A DNA stretch of 64,000 bases from Octopus vulgaris (lineage: Eukaryota). This document shows, one piece after another, positions 39,493-51,959 of this stretch. Each line of letters begins with the position of its first letter. Positions within the stretch are counted from its first letter, which is position 1. The position numbers and the translations under genes were made by a program. The stretch lies in assembly GCA_951406725.2 (NCBI GenBank), contig OX597826.1, positions 66,030,001 through 66,094,000 of the forward strand, read 5' to 3'. Below the pieces are notes generated by a model that saw nothing but the letters and a program-made list of their open reading frames with translations, did no database searches and had not been told where the DNA came from.

Positions 39493-39842
39493 GACATCGC
39501 CCAGGATCAACCATACTTTGTGAGTAAAATTCGGTAACTGGAAATGGTGAGGAAGACTCAAAGATGGATTGCAGTTTCAGTTGTTGGATAGTAGAATTAA
39601 TCTATACCAAATTTAATATCGGTTTCAAATTTTGGCACAAGACCAGCAATTTTGGGCAGGAGAAAGTCAATTATATCAACCCCAGTGCACAACTGGTACT
39701 TATTTTATTGACCTCCAGAAGGATGAAAGACAAAGTGGACCTCAGCAGAATTTGAACTCAGAACATAAAGATGAATTGCTGCTAAGCATTTGGTCCAGCA
39801 TTCTAACGATTCTGCCACCTCATCACTTTACACCAGATTTAA

Positions 39843-40064
39843 CCCTTGCGATACCAACCCAGCTGAAACCACCTCTGGCTCTGTAGTATAAATGTCTTGT
39901 TTTCATAAGTTTTGAATAAAAATCTTCCATGAAAACTTAGTCACAATTTATGTTCCTTACACCAGCTTAATGATAACTAAGTTATTTTACTAAATTCTTT
40001 GTTATATTTAAAATTAATTGAAAGAAACACAAAGCATCTCAAAATAAATATGGTAACAAAAGGG
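39843..40064 (-). mobile_element. piggyBac-like MITE (same family as 33524-33745)
   Basis: TTAA flanks; reverse-complement similarity. Confidence 0.8.
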
Positions 40065-40685
40065 TTAATATCACCAATGGGCCTTTGGTAGCTTTTATTG
40101 AATCTACTCTGCTGTAGACATCTGAAGGAGCACTCTAGTGAATGCATAACTCTATCTTTTCTTCGTATCACTTTCAGAGTCCCTGAAAAGCCCATCAGTA
40201 TTGCATTTTTTCCTCTGTTTAAACCTTCAGCATTTAAACCAGCCATATCCAGCCCAAATATTCTGTCTGTTTCATGTCCAATCCAGCCAGACAAGGCTTT
40301 GCACACCTACCTTATAATGTCGCTTTGGAGATGAACAATTACATCATTGAACTCTCAAGTCTACGTCAATAAATCTGCATTACATTTGACCGAGTAATCC
40401 TGAATGCTAAAGGGGTAAACCAGGAGTGCCCACCCAGTTGACTACAATCAATTTGATTGTGAAGCAACATTTGGTTAGTCATGGAGCAATGATCTATACA
40501 TTTTGTATAATAAGTAAGAGAAAATATGTGAAGCATATTTCCCATTCACAAATCCCATTAAATTTAAATACAAAATAATTATGAATGATAAGAATCAACT
40601 TCAATGCCTGCATGTGTTTAGCTACCAGTAATTATGAATGTAGTTTTGTCACCATTACAGGAGATATACATACAATATATATATA

Positions 40686-40999
40686 TCATCATCATCATCA
40701 TCATCATCATCGTCATCGTTTAATGTCCGCTTTCCATGCTGGCATAGGTTGGACAATTTGACTGAGGGCTGGTGAACCAGAAGGCGGCACCAGGCTCCAA
40801 TCTGATCTGGCAAAGTTTCTACACCTGAGTGCCCTTCCTAATGCCAACCACTTCGAGAATGTAGTGGGTGCTTTAATGTGCCACCGGCACGAGGGCTAGT
40901 CAGGTGGTACTGGGATCGACCATACTCAAATGGTGCTTTTTACGTGCCACCGGCACAGGAGCCAGTCATGCGACACTGGCAACGATCCCACTGGTGCTT
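40686..40999 (-). mobile_element. RTE-type 3' tail
   Basis: (CAT)n followed by the reverse complement of the tail. Confidence 0.75.
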
Positions 41000-41007
41000 A
41001 TATATAT

Positions 41008-41513
41008 ATGATAATCATGATAATCAAAATAACAGGAACATAAGACACCTATCCATGAATAATCCAACATCTGAAGTTGTTCCTACTGCATGTAAGTGTA
41101 GAATTAAGTCAAAATGCCCGGCACCTGGTCTATGCGGGGTAAATAACGTAATCTTTAAATGTACCATATCTACTGAGAATAACAAATTTTTTTACATTGG
41201 TTGTACGATAAATTTTAGAGATAGAGTTAGAAATCACGTCTCATCTTTTAAATTACGTCATAAAGCTGGTACCACCACACTTTCAAATAAGATCTGGGAA
41301 CTCAAAAATAATAATAGGAATTATAACCTTAATTGGGAAATAGTTAGAAGAGCAATGCCGTATAAAAATAACAGGGTTGGTTGCCAACTCTGCTCCATGG
41401 AGACGTATGAAATTCTAAAGCATAGAAAAAATAAGGGTTTGTTAAATAACCATATTGAATTAGGTCAAGTTTGTGTCCACGCTAAATTGAAGACTCTAAA
41501 ATATTTTAAATGA
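41008..41513 (+). pseudogene. Penelope-like element GIY-YIG endonuclease domain (5'-truncated ORF)
   Basis: CKCRIKSKCP..C..NNVIFKC...FYIGCT.NFRDRVRNH.SSF...TTLSNKIWELK...NWEIV...CQLC..E; the first ~43 aa of ORF 40878-41513 come from the adjacent RTE tail. Confidence 0.85.
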
Positions 41514-42789
41514 ATATCCGTATAGAATAATTCGTAACAAGATAGATAGATAGATATAACTGGTTTTTACTAGTATAGCATAACTTTAATTTTTTAAGTA
41601 GATAACTGCGAACTCTCACACTACAGTTATCTTTTTCTTTATAACTGCACCTGATTTTGAGCACAAGGAAACAAATAGTACTTGTACGTTGCTTAAATGA
41701 GGTTTTATTTAATTTTAAAATTAAATTTTAATTTTTAATTTAATTTAATCTAATTTAGGTAACACAACTTTAATAAAATAAGTTACTAAGGCTTCATAAT
41801 TCTATTACAAAATTAAATAAGTAATGCTACTCCCTTGAAAGTAGTATGAGAAATTTCAGTAAATTTCAGTTTACACCTTGTAAACTATTGACCTGTAGTC
41901 TGTCAATGTATAGATAGCAACAATTTAAGACAGTAACAGTAATAAATAAATAAATAAATTTAAATGACCTCTTGTTAGGATTGCACTTTTTTTTCTCTTG
42001 ATGTATTTCCTTTTGATGATAGCCTTTGACCCCTCTATCCCTGACTTTATTATCTTTATTATCTGCTTTCAGCTACGCCAGGTTGACAATAAATAGCTGT
42101 TTATTGGTCAAAAATAATATTCTCCTTATAGTTCTTAGATTCCTGCAAATTTCGAAGCCAGCCAGGCAGTCTACAAATTCTTCTGTGTAGTTGGTCACCT
42201 GCGACCCCTTTTCCCTCTCAGTTGTCACAGTATACTCTATGTGGGCGTTTTTTCTTTTCTCCCTTCTTTCTTTTTTTCTTTTTCTTTTTTCTTTTCTTCT
42301 CCCCTTTTTTTCTTCTCCCCTTTTTTCTTTTTTCTTTTTTTTCCTTTTTTTTTCTTTTTCTTTTTTCCTTTTCCTTGTCTCTTTTCTTCTCTTTCCTTTC
42401 TTTTCTTTTCTTTGCTCCACAAAAAATTCCTTCAGCCTTTAGAAGTCATAACATAGCAGTCTTGTGAAGAGAACAGTAATGTGACAAATACCTTATCATA
42501 TAGCATGAAATTATACCCACCTCATTGTGGATTAACCATGGATAAATTCATCATCTGTGAGTATGAAATTCCTCCTCATATCTCTGGAAATTTACATCTA
42601 CACTACGGATTAATTCACCTTCTCTGTGAAGCTAATAAGCTTTTTTTAAAAACCTGTGATAAGACTGTGCATCATCATTAAAGAACTTTGGAAGTCTGTT
42701 TACAACCTAAATCTGCTTTTAATGAAATTATCTCCAATACTTCATGAGTATAGCCTCACCCATTAAGATGTTTGGAGAACTCATATGTG

Positions 42790-42880
42790 TTTTAGCTGAT
42801 GAGTACGGGACACTTTTATCTGCTGCAATATTTGCAACTTTTAATAAAGCCTGTCTTTGTATGAAACAATTGTACTAAAA
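42790..42880 (+). ncRNA. Type-I hammerhead ribozyme motif
   Basis: ttttag-CTGATGA-gtacgggaca...tgtctttgtat-GAAA-caattg-TA-ctaaaa; palindromic ACAATTGT. Confidence 0.75.
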
Positions 42881-42908
42881 ACTAATCCATTCTTGTTGCT
42901 TCTTTCTC

Positions 42909-42971
<63 letters not shown>

Positions 42972-42973
<2 letters not shown>

Positions 42974-43271
42974 GGGGTTGGACAAAAGAATGGAAACACC
43001 TAGCATCATAATTTTGAAATATCTATAAAACCATCAAAAGCTTGTCTATTTTTATTTTTAGTGTTGCTTAATATGTTTTGCTAAAATTGCTGTTTCTTTT
43101 CAGATATCAACAGAAAAAGGTAATTAAAATTACTTAGCAACACTAATAATAAATCAAAAAAACATAAAAATCAAAAAACATAAAAATAAACAAGCTTTTG
43201 ACAGTTTTATAGATATTTCAAAATTATGATGCTATGTTACTAGGTGTTTCCATTATTTTTCCCAACCTCTG
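42972..43271. mobile_element. Tc1-like fold-back MITE
   Basis: caggggttggacaaaa..atggaaacacctag / ctaggtgtttccat..cccaacctctg; long (~90-bp) inverted arms. Confidence 0.8.
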
Positions 43272-43333
43272 TGTGTATTATACACACACACACACACACA
43301 CACACATATTGAATATATTTTATATATACATAT

Positions 43334-43384
<51 letters not shown>

Positions 43385-43739
43385 GTTTAGCATCCTTCTT
43401 TCATGCTGGCATGGGTTGGATGGTTTGACAGGAGCTGGCCAGGCTAGAGCCTGTGCCATGCTTCTAAATGTGCTTTGGTATGGTTTTTTTATGGTTGGAT
43501 GCTCTTCCTATCACCAACCACTCCGTAGAGTGGGGTGAGTGCTTTTTACGTGGCATTCACATAGGTGAGGTTAACTTTGGCTTGTTTTTTTTTCTACAGC
43601 TGGATGTCCCTTCAAATGCTAACCACTTTACATTGTGGACTGGGTGATTTTTACGTGGTACCTGCACTGGCAGGGTTACCAAGTGAGTTTGCAAGGCAAA
43701 GGGGCTTTGAGAGGAGAGGAAGCATTGGAGGAAGTGAGA

Positions 43740-43771
<32 letters not shown>

Positions 43772-43826
43772 TGGATGGATATCATGCCAGCATGGAAAGT
43801 AGATGTTAAATGATGATGATGGCATA

Positions 43827-44297
43827 CAGGGTTCGCCAAAAGTCACCTGACAGTAAATCGAAATTCCATAAATACTTAATATTCAGTTTTATTAAGGCGG
43901 CAAGCTGGCAGAAACATTAGCATGCTGGACAAAATGCTTAGCAGTATTTTGTCTGTCTTTACATTCTGAGTTCAAATTCCGCTGAGGTCGACTTTGCCTT
44001 TCATCCTTTCAGGGTCGAGAAATTAAGCACCAGTTGCATACTGCGGGTTGATCTAATCAACTGGCCCCCCTCCCCAAAAAAGTTTGGGCCTTGTGCCTAG
44101 AGTAGAAAAGGATATTCAATTTCAGTTATTCATTCCAATTATGAATATTTAATAATTGAATGCTGTGAGTTAAAATCACCATTTTCTCTCAACATTTGTC
44201 TATTTATTAGCAAAGTCGCATATAAAACAATTTTTTTGTTTTAATCTTGGAATTAAATGGTTTTGATTTACTCTCAGGTGACTTTTGGCGAACCCTG
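43827..44297. mobile_element. Tc1/mariner-type MITE containing a Nin-domain SINE (43895-44112, +)
   Basis: TIR cagggttcgccaaaagtcacctga / tcaggtgacttttggcgaaccctg; the SINE has gcctttcatcctttcagggtcga. Confidence 0.8.
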
Positions 44298-44547
44298 TGT
44301 AAATGTGTGTCTGGATGAATGCATGTGTGTGTGCATATGTGTGCGTGCGCACGCACATGTGACTGCAGCTGATGGTTGCCACACATTATAATGAAATATA
44401 ACGCCCAAATTACAGAGAGTTGGCCATGTTTGAGTTAATCCATGTAAAATCAGAATATAATAGTCATTCACACGATGAATCAAACACATTTAACATAAAC
44501 AGAACTAATTTATTCACGCTTGGATGTACTGAATCATTGCTGCAAGA

Positions 44548-44761
44548 GGTGGTGGTGGTGGTTGTAGTGGTGGTAGTGGTGGTAGTGGTGGTGATGGTTG
44601 TGGTGGTGGTGGTGGTTGTGGTGGTTGTAGTGGTGGTGGTTGTAGTGGTGGTGGTTGTAGTTGTGGTGGTGGTAGTGGTGGTGGTGGTTTTGTGGTGGTG
44701 GTGGTAGTGGTGGTGGTGGTGGTGGTGGTTTTGGTGGTGGTGGTGGTAATGGTAGTGGTGG

Positions 44762-44792
<31 letters not shown>

Positions 44793-44815
44793 GGTGCAGC
44801 TGTTGCTGTTGTTGA
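44548..44815. repeat. (GTG)n compound microsatellite
   Basis: Read directly from the sequence. Confidence 0.95.
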
Positions 44816-44972
44816 AGTCTTCTATTAGTTTGCTCGATTTTGCTTGACTTAGTCAAGCAGGCAAACCAAGGTTTTTCAGACTGATGGCCATGTCCTTTTA
44901 GGAGTGTCTAAGAATTACTAAAGCAATCCATTTGCCGTGTCCAATCAAATACTATAAAATATTTGAACTAGC

Positions 44973-45061
<89 letters not shown>

Positions 45062-45761
45062 TAATAATAATAATAATAATAATGAAATTATTGTATACAG
45101 TGCTCAGGTGCACCACAACTTGTCAAAAGTGCACATAGTTGTAAACTCTATCCATTGGGGACTACCTGACACTTACAGTACCCCCCTTTTTTTTTGTCAT
45201 CCACCCTTATTTCTTGCATTACTGCATTTACCAGTGTATAAGAAGTGCACTTTTCTATTTTTTAAGTATCAAAAAATTTGCCCTACATCTAATGCAGCAG
45301 GAATATGGATGGGAGACCAAGTGTCGTTGGCTAGGGAACTGGATAAGCATAAGTCTGCTCGGCACAATAACTGTTACCAATGATCCTTTATAATGAAGGC
45401 ACAAAACCTGAAATTTGAGGGGAGAGGATTAGCTAATTACATCACCCTTAATGCCCAACTGGTACTTGTTTATCAATTCCGAAAAGATGAAAGACAAAGT
45501 CAATGACGCTGGAATTTCAAGTCAGAATGTAAAACCAGAGGAAATGCCATTGAGCATTCTGTCCAGCATGCTAGTGATTCTGCCAGATTCCCACCTTATA
45601 ATTGTTACTTATTATAAAACAAGCAAAACGCCCCACCACCACCACCACCATCCAATGGACGGTGCTGAGTTGTCAAACATTTAAACCAAATTTTCTCAAA
45701 ACAACTTGTCTGACTGTCCCATAGGCCTCCCCTTTGAGAAACACTGATTTAACTATGCCTG

Positions 45762-46170
45762 TACTCTTTTACTTGTTTCAGTCATTTGACTGCAGCCATG
45801 CTGGAGCACCGCATTTAGTTGAGAAAATCGACCCCAGGACTTATTCTTTGTAAGCCTAGCACTTATTCTATCAGTCTTTTTTGCCGAACCGCTAAGTAAC
45901 GGGGACGTAAACACACTAGCATCAGTTATCAAGCGATGTTGGGCAGTGGGACAAACACAGACACACAAACACACGCACATATATATATATACATGCATAT
46001 ACATATATACGACGAGCTTCTTTCAGTTTCGGTCTACCAAATCCACTCACAAGGCTTTGGTCGGCTCGAGGCTATAGTAAAAGACACTTGCCCAAGGTGC
46101 CACGCAGTGGGACTGAACCCGGAACCATGTGGTTGGTCAGCAAGCTACTTACCACACAGCCACTCATGCA
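45762..46170 (-). mobile_element. tRNA-derived SINE, family A
   Basis: Full-length match to the other copies. Confidence 0.85.
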
Positions 46171-46227
46171 CTGTATGATGAAGCCTACTAAATTTGTTTT
46201 CATCCACAAATTATATACTTGTAAAAT

Positions 46228-46342
46228 AGGGTGCATCTTATGCAGGTGTGCATCTTATGCAGGTGTGCATCTTATGCAGGTGTGCATCTTATGCAGGAGT
46301 GCATCTTATGCAGGAGTGTATCTTATACACCAGTAAATGTGG
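46228..46342 (+). repeat. Tandem gtgcatcttatgcaggt units at a pogo-like MITE right end
   Basis: ~6 units ending in tcttatacaccagtaaatgtgg; resembles the ttatacgcgagaatttacgg end at ~63200. Confidence 0.6.
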
Positions 46343-47008
46343 CACCTCATTATATCCAGTTCTCCTCCATAGAATGTCAAGAAAACCAATCTCAACAATT
46401 TGGGGGTGGGACTGCTAAGGTTATAGGCATAGCTACTTAACCCTCATAACACAAGTTCTTGTCAACCTGTCCAGTAGCCAGTTTGGTTCCCCAGCCCCCT
46501 TGCTTAAACATAATATACCATTGTCCACAGTAAATACATGTACAGGAAGTGGTCACCCTGTGTGGTCTACACACTACACACAACATCACTGCTTTACTCA
46601 AATTAAACTATTGAAATAAAAAAAATAATAATAAACATTATCAATGTAGTGTTTATTAAACAGGGTGAGGGCTTCCCCTTGAAGAAGAAGGACACTGTGA
46701 CTTCACGAAGGGGAGGGCTACAGGAAGTGCTGTGTGTTCAGAGAGGGTTTTGACTTATCTTGGGCTTAAAACATTTAAAGTAGACACAACATTTGCACTT
46801 CAACCAGATATGATACATGAATACACATTTCTTATCTTTTACCTCTTACTTGTTTCAGAGGCCATGCTGGGGCAATACTTTGAAGAGTTTTTAATTGAAT
46901 GAATCAACTCCAGTATTTTTTTTAAAATCTTGGTACTTATTCTATCAGTTTCTTTTGCTGGATTGCTAAATTATGGGGATATAAACAAACCTGCACGGGT
47001 TGTCAAGT

Positions 47009-47060
<52 letters not shown>

Positions 47061-47344
47061 CACACACACACAGATAGATACCCACGCCAATATGGACAAT
47101 GGATGTTAAATGAGAGGATGATGACAACAAGCTTCTTTCAGTTTCAGTCTACCAAATTCACTCACAAGGCTTTGGTCAACCTGAAGATAAAGTAGAAGAC
47201 ACTTGCCCAATGTGTTACACAGTGGGACTGAACCAGGAACCATGTGATTGGGAAGTAAACTTCTTAGCGCACAGCCATGCCTAAGTATATATATACATAT
47301 ATATTGTGTTTGTGCGTGTGTGTGTATATATATATATATGTGTG

Positions 47345-47918
47345 TGCTGGTGGCATGTAAAAAGCACCATCTGGACATAGATGATGCCAGGTCTGCCTGA
47401 CTGGCTCCCATGCCAGTGGTGCGCAAAAAGCACCATCCAAACATGACTGATGCCAGTACCTCCTGACTGGCTCCCATGCTGGTAGCACATAAAAAGCACT
47501 ATCCAAACATGATCAATGCCAGGACTGCCTGAGTGGGCCCTGTGCTGGTGGCATGTAAAAAGCACCATCCGAACGTGGCCAATGTCAGTACCCCGTGACT
47601 GGCTCCCATGCTGGTGACACGTAAAAACATCATCCGAACGTGGCCGATGCCAGTCCTTCCTGACTGGCTCCTGTGCCATTGGCATGTAAAAAGCACTATC
47701 TGAACATGATCGATGCCAGGCCCGCCTGACTGACTCCTGTGCCAGTGACATGTAAAAAGCACCCACTGCATTCTCGGAGTGGTTAGCATTAGGAAGGGCA
47801 TCCAGCTGTAGAAACATTGTCAGATCAGATTGGAGCCAGGTGCAGCCGCTGGCTCACCAGGCCTCAGTCAAAACATCCAACTCATGCCAGAATAGAAAAC
47901 GGACATTAAACAATGATA
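47345..47918 (+). mobile_element. RTE-type 3' tail with ~8 tandem ~59-bp units
   Basis: gctggtggcatgtaaaaagcaccatc units. Confidence 0.8.
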
Positions 47919-49126
47919 ATATATATACATACATATACACAAACAACAGGTTTCCACATAGTTTTGCTCTATTATATTTACTCATTGGGCATCAGTCAGC
48001 CTGGGGCTTGCATAGAAGACACTTTCCAGGACGTGTTTCTACACAGTGGAAGAAATCCAGAAACCATATGGTTGCAAAATGAGCTTCTTAACCACGCAGC
48101 AATTTCCAGCACTAGTTTTTTTTCACTTTTTTATCAAATTTTGTAAGGTTTCTTTGTTTTCCAAAACATAGGAAGGGGACATTTGTAAAACACCATTACA
48201 TATAAAGCAGCTGAACAAGGAAAGGTTGATAACTACTGATCAAATGTATTTTCAATCAGGGCCCATATGGCTCTTGGGGGTCCATATAAGATTTTGTTGA
48301 TAAAATTTATATCCAACAAATTGTTTATACTTCTACTTGCTTCCCAACCACATGGTTCTGGGTTCAGTCCCACTGCATTGTACCTTAGGCAAGTATCTTC
48401 TACTATAGCCTCAGGCCAACCAAAACCTTTTGAGTGAATTTGGTAGACTGAAACTGAAAATAGCCTGTCATATATATATCATCATCATCATCATCATCAG
48501 CATCATTTAACATCCATTTTCCATGCTGGCATGTGGTGGACGGTTTGACTGGGGGCTGGCAAGCCAGAGGGCTGTACTAGGCTCCAATACAATCTGGCAA
48601 AGTTTCTACAGCTGGATGCCCTTCCTAATGCCAACCACTCTGAGAGTGTAGTGAGTTCTTTTTATGTGCAACTGGCATAAGGGCCAGTCAGGCAGTACAG
48701 GCATTGACCACACTTGAATGGGGCTTTTTATGTGTCACCAGCATGGGAACCACTCAGGGGGCACTGGCAATTACCACGCTTGAATGGTGCTTTTTACATG
48801 CCACCGGACCAGTCAGCCAGCATATATATATGCATGTATGTGCGTATGTGTATGTGTGTGTGTATTTGTGTGTCTATGTTTGTCCCTACACCATTGCTTG
48901 ACAACTGATGTTGGTGTGTCTACACCCCTGTAACTTAGCAGTTTGGCAAAATAGACCAATAGAATAAGTACTAGGCTTACAAAGAATAAGTCCTGGGGTC
49001 GATCTGTTCGACTAAAAGGCAGTGCTCTAGCATGACCGCAGTCAAATGACTGAAACAGGTAAAAAGTAAAAAGTAAAAAGTAAAAAAATGTAATTCACAA
49101 AAATTTTTTAAAATTTTAATACAAAT

Positions 49127-49292
49127 AGGCATAGGAGTGGCTGTGTAGTAAGTAGCTTGCTTACCAACCACATGGTTCCAGGTTCAGTCCCACTGCATGG
49201 CACCTTGGGCAAGTGTCTTCTGCTATAGCCTCGGGCCAACCAAAGCCTTGTGAGTGGATTTGGTAGATGGAAACTGAAAGAAGTCTGTCATA

Positions 49293-49339
<47 letters not shown>

Positions 49340-49712
49340 TGAAATAGAAAGATGAATAATCTTGTTGCAGATTAATCAAAAGTTTAACCGATACCTTGGT
49401 AGCAAAAATCACAGCAGAAGACAGCACAGTTGGAGGTACAACCATATGGTGTTGCAACCGTGCGTTGGTGCGGATAATTGAATTTTAATATTATTAGTGA
49501 ATTGAAGAAATGGAGTTGAACGAAGATTGAACAGAAATCGTTTTATTGCATTCTACATGTGTTTCGAAAGGCACAATTTACCAAATTCCGATTGAATAAG
49601 GTCTCCTTATTCAATCGGAATTTGGTAAATTGTGCCTTTCGAAACACGTGTAGAATGCAATAAAACAATTTCTGTTCAATCTTCGTTCAACTCCATTTCT
49701 TCAATTCACTAA

Positions 49713-49753
<41 letters not shown>

Positions 49754-49975
49754 GTGTGTATATATGTTTGTGTGTCTGTGTTTGTCCCCTCAACATTGCT
49801 TGACAACCAAAGCTGGTGTGTTTACATCCCCGAAAATTAGCGGTTCAGCAAAAGAGACTGATAGAATAAGTACTAAGCTTGCAAAGAATAAGTTCTGGGG
49901 TCGATTTGCTCAACTAAAGGCGGTGCTCCAGCATGGCCACAGTCAAATGACTGAAACAAGTAAAAGAGAGTAAAA
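49127..49975 (+). mobile_element. Family A SINE whose internal (TA)n hosts a fold-back insertion
   Basis: Head at 49127-49290, tail at 49765-49975. Confidence 0.8.
49486..49720. repeat. Near-perfect hairpin (~116-bp arms, 3-nt loop) of a PLE-type terminus
   Basis: Centre ataagg-tct-ccttat at 49603; the right arm has the HHR 3' half GAAA-cacgtg-TA and aataaa. Confidence 0.85.
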
Positions 49976-50598
49976 AGTAATTCCTTGTATTGAAATATTG
50001 AATTTTAAAAATATAGTAGGAGTTCTTAGTCATTGGCTTGCTATGAGGGTCCTACTCTACCCCTACTGAAAAAAATAAGAATCAATGGGGTCCATAGGAA
50101 AAACATTGTTGAGGACCACTGTTTCAGACAGTAAGATGTATAATTTGAGGGAGAATCTTTTTAAAAGGCAATACACTATGATTTGTAGGAGTTTTGGCTG
50201 CTATTTCAAATGACCACATAGAGACTTCCTCTACCAGGTTTGTACTTAGAAAAATGATCTTTCTCATTAATCCTCGTTAAGTTTTGTTTTCTATCTTTCG
50301 TTCTCCACACCTCCCCCTTCCCTTCCTCATCCTCTCTCTCTCTCTATGTCTCTTGTTCTATTTCCCTTTTCTTTAAGACATCTCCCTCCATTTCATTCCA
50401 TCTCTTATTTCTGAATTGTTCTCTGTCTCCTCCCTCAGTTGTCCCTATACTATTCCATACATGCAAGTATGTGTATGCATGCTTACACAGACACACACAC
50501 ACACATATATATATATATGTGTATATATATATATATACACACACACACATATATATACACATATACACTTACCTATATACATACATAAACATACCTAC

Positions 50599-50629
<31 letters not shown>

Positions 50630-50777
50630 AATATATATATATTATATAAATATATATATATATATATAATATATATATATTATATAAATATATATATATA
50701 TATATATACAGACATATATATATATACATATATATATAAATATATATATATACATATATATATATATACATATATAC

Positions 50778-50808
<31 letters not shown>

Positions 50809-50857
50809 CATATATATTTACATATATATATACATATATATATATACATATATATAC

Positions 50858-50941
<84 letters not shown>

Positions 50942-51422
50942 GATGTATATACCCACATAGACACGTCTGTGCGTCAGTGTGCATGTGTGTGTCGTCAAGT
51001 ATGTAACAATGTACGAGGCACGTGCCATGAGTAAAGACACCCAGAATATGCTGTTGGCATTTCCATAGTAAATTGTCCAGTAGAAAGAACTTATTAGCAT
51101 AAGGACAATATACATCAGATTTCTCAGGTTCTTGTTTGTATTATTTAAATAACAATATCAGGCTCTCACCTGATCTGTTGTGAATCACAGAAAATAAGAA
51201 TGGGAAACAAAAGGGTTTACTTTTTTGCAATACATTCACACAGCTTTTCTTGCTCCTGTTCGTGTGCTGCTTTACACTCTGCATTACTTTATTAAACTGC
51301 TTTAGTCAATTTCTTAAGAAACCTATTGTGTGTTCTTTTATTCTTTTATTCTTTCGCTTGTTTCAGTCATTTGACTGCAGTCAAGCTCGAGCACCACGTT
51401 AAATGGTATTTGAGCACTTTTA

Positions 51423-51652
51423 GGCGGCGAGCTGGCAGAGACATTAGCACGTCGGACGAATTGCGTAGCCGTATTTCGTCTGCCGTTACGTCCTGAGTTC
51501 AAATTCCGCCGAGGTCGACTTTTCCTTTCATCCTTTCGGGGTCGATTAATTAAGTACCAGTTATGCACTGGGGTCGATGTAATCGACTTAATACCTATGT
51601 CTGTCCTTGTTTGTCCCCTCTGTGTTTAGCCCCTTGTGGGTAATAAAGAAAT
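51423..51652 (+). mobile_element. Nin/Deu-domain tRNA SINE with a Tx1-like tail and TSD
   Basis: B box gagttcaaattc; cctttcatcctttcggggtcgat..taagtaccag; TSD ggtatttgag(c/t)actttt. Confidence 0.9.
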
Positions 51653-51959
51653 AGGTATTTGAGTACTTTTTCTATCAGTCTGTTTTGCTGAACTGCTAAG
51701 TTGCAGAGGCTTAAACACACCTACATCAACTGTCGAGCAATGGCAGAGGTACAAACACAGACACACACACATAAATGTGTGTGTTTGTATGTGTGTGAGT
51801 TTGTACCTTCGTCATCACCTGACAACCAATGTTGGTGTGTTTAAGTTCCTGTAACTTAGTGGGTCAGCAAAAAAGACTGATAGAATAAGTATAGAATAAG
51901 TATTAGGCTTACAAAGAATAAGTCCTAGGGTCAATATATATATATATATATATATATTC

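Larger units (their letters stand above)
41008..42910 (+). mobile_element. Penelope-like element family 1, 3' part
   Basis: GIY-YIG ORF end plus a ~1.4-kb 3' region with a pyrimidine tract and HHR, ending at (TA)n. Confidence 0.85.

Noticed and set aside
42073-42467. K/R/E-rich and F/S-rich ORFs
   Set aside because: They derive from the pyrimidine tract of the PLE 3' region
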